This document shows, one piece after another, positions 58,531 to 64,000 of a stretch of DNA of 64,000 bases. Origin of the DNA: an uncultured virus (IMG/VR IMGVR_UViG_3300037483_001817) (taxonomy: Duplodnaviria > Heunggongvirae > Uroviricota > Caudoviricetes); IMG/VR virus record IMGVR_UViG_3300037483_001817; one strand, 5' to 3'. Both the position numbers and the translations under genes were made by a program. Under the pieces are notes generated by a model. It searched no databases and was not told the origin of the DNA. It saw nothing but the letters and a program-made list of their open reading frames with translations. Numbering within the stretch: position 1 is the first letter of the stretch; each line of letters starts with the position of its first letter.

Positions 58531-59504
58531 AGCGTCCCAAGGTCCTCTCGCTCGGTGGTGGTCTCGACTCGTGGGCGATGCTGCTCGATGCCGAGATTCG
58601 CGGCGAACTGCCCGACATTGTCGCGTTCGTCGACGTCGGGGATGCTGACGATCGTGACGAGCATCCCGGCGAGTGGGATGGCACGTACCGCCACGTTGAG
58701 GAGATCGTTCAGCCGTGGTGTGCGGCCCGCGGTATCGAGTTCGTCGAGATCTCTGCGCGCACGGGCTACTTGATCCGTCCCGACAACCAGGCCGCACGAT
58801 CGCTGTTCCAGTGGCTCTGGAACATGGGTCAGATCCCTGTCGCCGGGCCCAACCGCATCTGCACGCGGATCGCCAAGGTGGAGCGCTTCGAGCGTTGGCT
58901 CGACGATCGCTTCCACGGCCAGGAAGTCGAAGTGTGGATCGGTTTCGATGGTGCGGAGACGAGCCGCGTCGAGAACGATCCGAACGCGGGCAAGCCACGC
59001 GGCCCGAGCTACGGTCGCGAGCCTGGCAAATCGGCTCCACTGCGCGATCTGACGATCGCGTGGCGGTGGACGAAGGCGCTTGCGTTCGCGATGACTCATG
59101 CAGGGCGCGTCAATCGCTTCCCGCTCATGGAGCGCGGACTCTGCCGTTGTCGCTGCGAGGCGCTCGCCCGCGCGAGCGGCTACCCGGTGCCCCGGAAATC
59201 AGCCTGTATGAAATGTCCCTACGGTTCACGTGGTGATTGGAAGGTCCTCGCCGCTGAACGTCCGCGCGTGTTCGCCAAGATCGTCGAGCTGGAGGCACGC
59301 AAGGCACCGACTACCAAGAACGGGATCAAGCTCTCGATCATGGGCTTCGATTCGAAGACCAAGACCGGTACTCCGTTGCCAGTGTTCGCGAGTCGGCCGT
59401 ACAAGCGAAAGATCATGCCGTGCCCCGTGTGCGGCGCCGCGCAGCGCGCGACAAAGGCGGCGGGATGCGGATATCTGGATGATGGGACGGCGGTGGCTGC
59501 GTGA
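58527..59504 (+). CDS. Second PP-loop / PAPS-reductase-like protein (phage type)
   Basis: VLSLGGGLDS, ICTRIAKV, VWIGFDGAE..R, NRFPLME, PVPRKSACMKCPY. Confidence 0.8.
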   Translation: MKRPKVLSLGGGLDSWAMLLDAEIRGELPDIVAFVDVGDADDRDEHPGEWDGTYRHVEEIVQPWCAARGIEFVEISARTGYLIRPDNQAARSLFQWLWNMGQIPVAGPNRICTRIAKVERFERWLDDRFHGQEVEVWIGFDGAETSRVENDPNAGKPRGPSYGREPGKSAPLRDLTIAWRWTKALAFAMTHAGRVNRFPLMERGLCRCRCEALARASGYPVPRKSACMKCPYGSRGDWKVLAAERPRVFAKIVELEARKAPTTKNGIKLSIMGFDSKTKTGTPLPVFASRPYKRKIMPCPVCGAAQRATKAAGCGYLDDGTAVAA

Positions 59505-61169
59505 TCTGTGATGGCCGCTACGTCGTCCCTGACGTTGTCTGGACCGATTCGGACGGCGATCGTTACGCGGCGCATGTCATCCGCCGCGGTCGCGACGCGC
59601 AAGGAGTCTACGTCGTCATCGAATTCGAGGACGACGACGGGCTGCGCAGCGTACGCGTGCAGCCCTCTCAGCTGGAGGAGCTGCGGTGACGCAGAGGCAC
59701 TACATGACCGTCATCAGCCCGGGTCCGCTCATGTTCGTGCGCGTGCCGTGGCCAATGCCGCGGTGGCGCGAAATCCTGCGCGCGTCGACGACGTTGATGC
59801 AGGCGCACGGACTTCGTCAGAAAGACATCTCCGCGTTCGACGGGATGGTGCCGATCGATCCGACGGATCGCGACCCAAAGGACTGGGACCTGATCGCGCG
59901 TGTCGACGCGGCCTACGCTGGTGACCCGGACAAGTTCCCGCGCTTCTGGCTGTATGATTGGCAGGACGGGGCTTTTCGGCTCGTTCGGCCTCCGACGGGG
60001 ATCCCGTCGTGAAGTACATCGTTGTGCAGCGTACCGGCTTCATGCCGTACTTTCTCTCGTCATGGATCGACGACGGGACGGATCGTTGGGACTGCCACGT
60101 CGATCAAGCAAGCGTGTTCGACGGACCGACGGCGCGTCGGATTGCAGACCGGCTCAACAACAGCTATCCGGCGAGGGTAGTGCCGGTCACGGTGGAGACG
60201 CTTCGATGACCTGGCGCGATCACACGTGGGAGTTCGTCATTACGGCGTTCTCCTGGCTCGTGGCGTTCATGGCGCTCGGAGCCGTCATCGGCTTCGTTAT
60301 CTTCGACGCGTACAAGAATCGCCGTGGGAGGCGCCGATGATCTTCATCGTCACGATTCAAGACAAAACGCTCTACGGCGAGCCCGACATCGCGCTCGCGG
60401 TGGTCGACGCGGCCGACGAGACCGAGGCGCTCCGCGCCGCGCGGCCGACGATCGAGCAGCTCGCCGATCGCGGGCGTGGGCGCTGCGTGCCGCACGCGAA
60501 GCCGCTCGAACCCGGCAGGTTCTACCGGCTGGGCGCGGTGGTGCGGATTCCGTACGATCCGAACGTGGAGGTGCCGCATGGCTGAGCACATTCGCGAGAT
60601 CGCCGTGACCGTCGAGGTCGACACGAACAAGAACACGTACAAGAAGCGCCTTACCTGGCAGGAAGGGGAGACGCGCGAGGAGTTCGTTCGCCGGATAGCC
60701 GAGACGATCGGCGAGTTGACGGAGCTGACGTGATGTGGACGAAAGAGCAGCGCGTCGCTGCGTTCAAGAATCCGCAACTCCTTCGCGAGGGCGACAAGCT
60801 CTACCTCGCGGTCACCGCGGACTTCGGACGCGGCCCGAACGAAACACTGATGGACACGCTCTATCAGCGGATCCGGCAAGAGGGTGACGTGCCGCGGAAG
60901 TGGTGGCACGGAACGAAGCTCGCGGCGGATCACCGCTTCGAGAAGCGCGAGGCACAGCTCGCGGAGCTGCGGGCCTTTGCGGAGCGCAACGCGCGTTGAT
61001 GCTGAAGAAACAACAGCTTCCCGATCTCGCGTGCCCGCGGTGCAGCCACACGGACACGGTGCCGCTCCGCAACTACGGCAAGCCGATCGTCGGAGACCAG
61101 CCAGGGACCTCGCGCTGGTGGTGCCTGGAGTGCCATCACCGCTTCGACGGCCCGAAGGTGCGTCGATGA
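59501..61169 (+). CDS. Run of eight small hypothetical genes, one with a predicted TM helix (60206-60340)
   Basis: Chain of overlapping start/stop codons. Confidence 0.6.
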
Positions 61170-61223
61170 GACGACGCGAAGCTGTACGCATCGAAGTGGC
61201 GCGAGATCCCGTCGAGCGGAGCT

Positions 61224-61346
61224 GGGTAGAAAATTACCCGTGTCTCGAGCGTTACGGATCGCGACGCAGCGCGGAACCGGGTTACAAAGTACCCAGCGTT
61301 CGCGGTCGCACACTTACGATGACCGTGGACTGGGCACGCGATCTGC
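61224..61346 (+). promoter_or_regulatory. Cassette 5: sigma54-type promoter with two upstream boxes
   Basis: Boxes at 61224-61239 and 61279-61294; GGCACGCGATCTGC (61333-61346); ATG 13 nt later. Confidence 0.8.
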
Positions 61347-61359
61347 TCTACCTGTCCGT

Positions 61360-62550
61360 ATGAACCTCGACGCTACCGAGACGCCCTGTGGCACCTGCGG
61401 CCTTCCGCTGTACGGTGCAACCTCCTGCGTGGTGTGCGAGCACGAGGCTGCGTATACGCGCACGATCGCCGCGCTGGTCGCGCCCAAGGGTGCCTACAAG
61501 GTCCTGCTCGCGAGCGTCGGCAACCCGGACTTCGGGCAGGACAGCCGTCGCTCGATGCCTGGCGTGCCGCGACGGACCCTCCGCGTGGCCTCGCTTGCCG
61601 ACGCTAGCAAGGCATGCCGCGCGTACATCGAGCACTACGAGCTGGGCGGCGGCAACTGGCTCGGCGGCGAGGTCAAGCAGGGCGCCAAGGTGATCGCCAA
61701 GATCAGCTACAACGGTCGCGCGTGGGAGCCGGGCGCCTGGCCCACCAAGGAGATCCCGCTCACCTCTGAGGTCGCGTCGTGAGCACCACGAGCACTGTTC
61801 GCCGCTTTCTCGCCGCGAAGTCCTGCATCTGGGGCCGCTGCAACGGCACGCAAGGATCGGACGGTCGCTGCAACCGCTGTGGGAGCAAGCGCCCATGACC
61901 GATAAGGAGTGGCAGGAGCGCTACACGATCACGAGCCGCAAGGGCAAGATCTGGACGCGATCCGAGGTCCGCAAGCGCGCTGTCGACATGGCGCACGGGC
62001 TGCTCCTCGGCGCGCAGCCGCGGGCCGTGATCCGCACGGCGATAGAGCTGGTGCTCGACGACGAGAAGTTCATGCAGCCGCGCAGCGGCATGGTGCCCGC
62101 GCGCGTGATCGAGGACGCTGCGTTCGCGGCTTTCGTCAAGCTCTCTCCCAAGTCGGAGGCCAAGCCATGAGCGACACCGTCCGCCGTCTCTGCATCGTCA
62201 TGATCGCGATCCTTGTTGCGTACTTCTTCCTGCACGTGATGCGGTTGCGGTCGTTCAACGTCGCAGCGGAAGCTCGTGGCATCTGCGCCGGCATCGCGGG
62301 CTACATGGCGGCCGATCTGGTCGCGGGCCTGTTCGGCCGTCGGCGGAGGAAGCGGTAGATGACCGCGAAGACGATGACCAAGCGCACCGTCGGGGAGCGC
62401 ATCGTGCACGCCGAGGCGATGGCCGCACGCTATCTCGGCAACTACAACGAGGAGCTTGAGGCCGGGCGCGCGAAAGCTGCGGAGAAGATGCTGGCGAAGT
62501 CGCAATATTGGCTCGACGTCGCCAACGATTTGCGTGGGTGGGGCGAGTAG
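61360..62550 (+). CDS. Hypothetical genes 61360-61782 (GGGNW..ISYNGRAW), 61895-62170, 62167-62358 (two TM) and 62359-62550
   Basis: Co-oriented ORFs after cassette 5. Confidence 0.65.
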
Positions 62551-63347
62551 TGCTGATCAAGATCACGAACTACTGCTCCATGGGCTGCAACCACTGCTCC
62601 GAGGGGTCCACGGTAGCTGGCGAGCACATGACGCGCGAGACTTTTCTTGCTGCGCTCGCGCTCACCGAGCGTCTCGAAGGCGACGCGTGGCGTTCGGGCA
62701 TTCCGCGCCGGATCCTGATCAGCGGTGGCGAGGCTACCGAGCACCCCGACGTCGAGTGGTTCCTTTCGACGGTGATTGACGGAGGGTACGACGTCATCCT
62801 CATCACCAACGGGATGTGGCTCGACGATCCGACGCTCCGGGCGAAGATCCTGCGGCCCGAATGGCCGCGCCTGATGGTGCAGATCACCAACGATCCACGC
62901 TTCTATCCAAGGCGGCCGACGGCTGTTCCGACGGACGATCCACGTGTCGTGTTCGTGCCGACGCTCTCGATCCTGATTCCGCTCGGCCGCATGAAGCCTG
63001 CGCGCGCTCACTCTGGCAAGGACGGCCTGCCCGTTCGCAAGGGACCTACGTCGTTCAATCTGCGCTCGCTCACGCGCTCGCTCGGCGACGTTCGCGCCGC
63101 GCTGACGATGCTGCGCGCGCGGGCCGCGCTCGGTATGTCGGGCAACTGTTCGCCGAGTATCTCGTGCGACGGGACGATTGTTGCCGGCGAGACGAGCAAC
63201 TGCTTTCCGATCGGCGACGTCCACTCGACGGCCGACCAGGTCACCCGCGCGCTCGTGGGCATGGCGTGTAACAAGTGCGGCCTCGTCGACAATCTGACTC
63301 AGGCGCAAAAGCTCGCGATCGGCGAGGCGGGGATCGTGCTGCCGTGA
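62550..63347 (+). CDS. Radical SAM protein
   Basis: CSMGCNHC (CxxxCxxC), ISGGEATEHP, ITNG. Confidence 0.92.
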   Translation: MLIKITNYCSMGCNHCSEGSTVAGEHMTRETFLAALALTERLEGDAWRSGIPRRILISGGEATEHPDVEWFLSTVIDGGYDVILITNGMWLDDPTLRAKILRPEWPRLMVQITNDPRFYPRRPTAVPTDDPRVVFVPTLSILIPLGRMKPARAHSGKDGLPVRKGPTSFNLRSLTRSLGDVRAALTMLRARAALGMSGNCSPSISCDGTIVAGETSNCFPIGDVHSTADQVTRALVGMACNKCGLVDNLTQAQKLAIGEAGIVLP

Positions 63348-63849
63348 AGATCGCTGATCTTCAGATCGGTGACGAGCTTGAGGATTACCTACGTGGTCGG
63401 CAGCTCGTCGTCACTGCGATCGTTCCGTTCTCAGGAGGCGGCAACGGCGAGATCGCTTTCAACGTCGTGGCGAAGGTCGGTCTCGTACGCGCTGTCATGC
63501 GCCGCGAGACCCTGACGTTTCGCGAGTTTGAGCGGCTCCAATTCATTCGACGCCCACTTCATGTGTCGTCGCTGGGAGACAAACCGTGAAGTCAGAGCGA
63601 GGGCATTGCGGCGCCTGCGGTCAGCGCACAGCAGTCCGCGACGGCAAGGCCGCGGACGGTCGTCCGCAGTACCGGTGCCTCGAAGGGCGCTGCGGACAGA
63701 CGTGGACCAAGGGCCACCAGGGCGAGCCGTGGGACACATTTCAATCCACACAATCCACACAATCGCGAATTGCAATTGCGAAGCGTAAACCTAGTTCAAG
63801 GCGACGCCTAGACGCAACAGGTCGTTCGCGAAAGGCAGTGATGCCGTGA
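63344..63849 (+). CDS. Two small hypothetical proteins (63344-63589; 63586-63849, Zn ribbon with a 9-nt tandem repeat at 63742-63764)
   Basis: GTGA overlaps; caatccaca x2.5 encodes QSTQSTQS. Confidence 0.55.
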
Positions 63850-64000
63850 CGTACGATGCGATTTTGCACACCACGACGTGCTCCGTGTGCGGCTACGCGC
63901 GCGGTGTGCCCGGCGTGCGGCTCGCATGCTGCTGCCGCGGCTGGGTGGCGTTCTGGCGACAGCTTCTTGCACGGAAGGGATCGACGTCGTGAGTCGCGCA

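Noticed and set aside
48508..59504. A complete dnd/ssp phosphorothioation or que/dpd 7-deazaguanine cluster
   Set aside because: Only PP-loop enzymes are present. No recognisable DndA/D/E, SspB/C, QueD, FolE or DpdA is in the window, so I assigned no gene symbols.

Overview
A GC-rich 64 kb segment that looks like part of a large phage genome or another large mobile element, probably with a Myxococcota host. The host is inferred from a myxobacterial-type Cys-rich lipoprotein, a host-like DnaJ and the use of sigma54-type promoters. No capsid, terminase, portal or replication hallmark lies in the window, so 'phage' is an inference. It rests on well over a hundred tightly packed, mostly short hypothetical ORFs with ATGA/GTGA overlaps, arranged in long co-oriented blocks (+ 58-15579, - 15682-48288, + 48508-55128, - 55421-57454, + 57702-end). 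Recognisable genes: cpYpsA/SLOG, ParB/Srx-like, DUF192, DnaJ, YkgJ-type Cys-cluster protein, a collagen-like fibre plus three fibre-like paralogs with a shared N-terminus, DUF488, a GHKL ATPase with HExxH, HEAT-like and RHH proteins, two PP-loop PAPS-reductase-family enzymes, NADAR, GNAT, a lipoprotein tyrosine phosphatase, an HExxH peptidase and a radical SAM enzyme. Two systems stand out. (1) A ~15-aa peptide tag, consensus K(K)TxAQLDREIAEAL, is attached at N-terminal, internal or C-terminal positions to 12 otherwise unrelated proteins. (2) Five copies of a fixed-geometry regulatory cassette (paired GGGT-N8-ACCC palindromes, then a sigma54-type GG-N10-GC core 13-14 nt before the start codon) drive seven gene starts. 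I recognised no tRNA, rRNA or CRISPR array.
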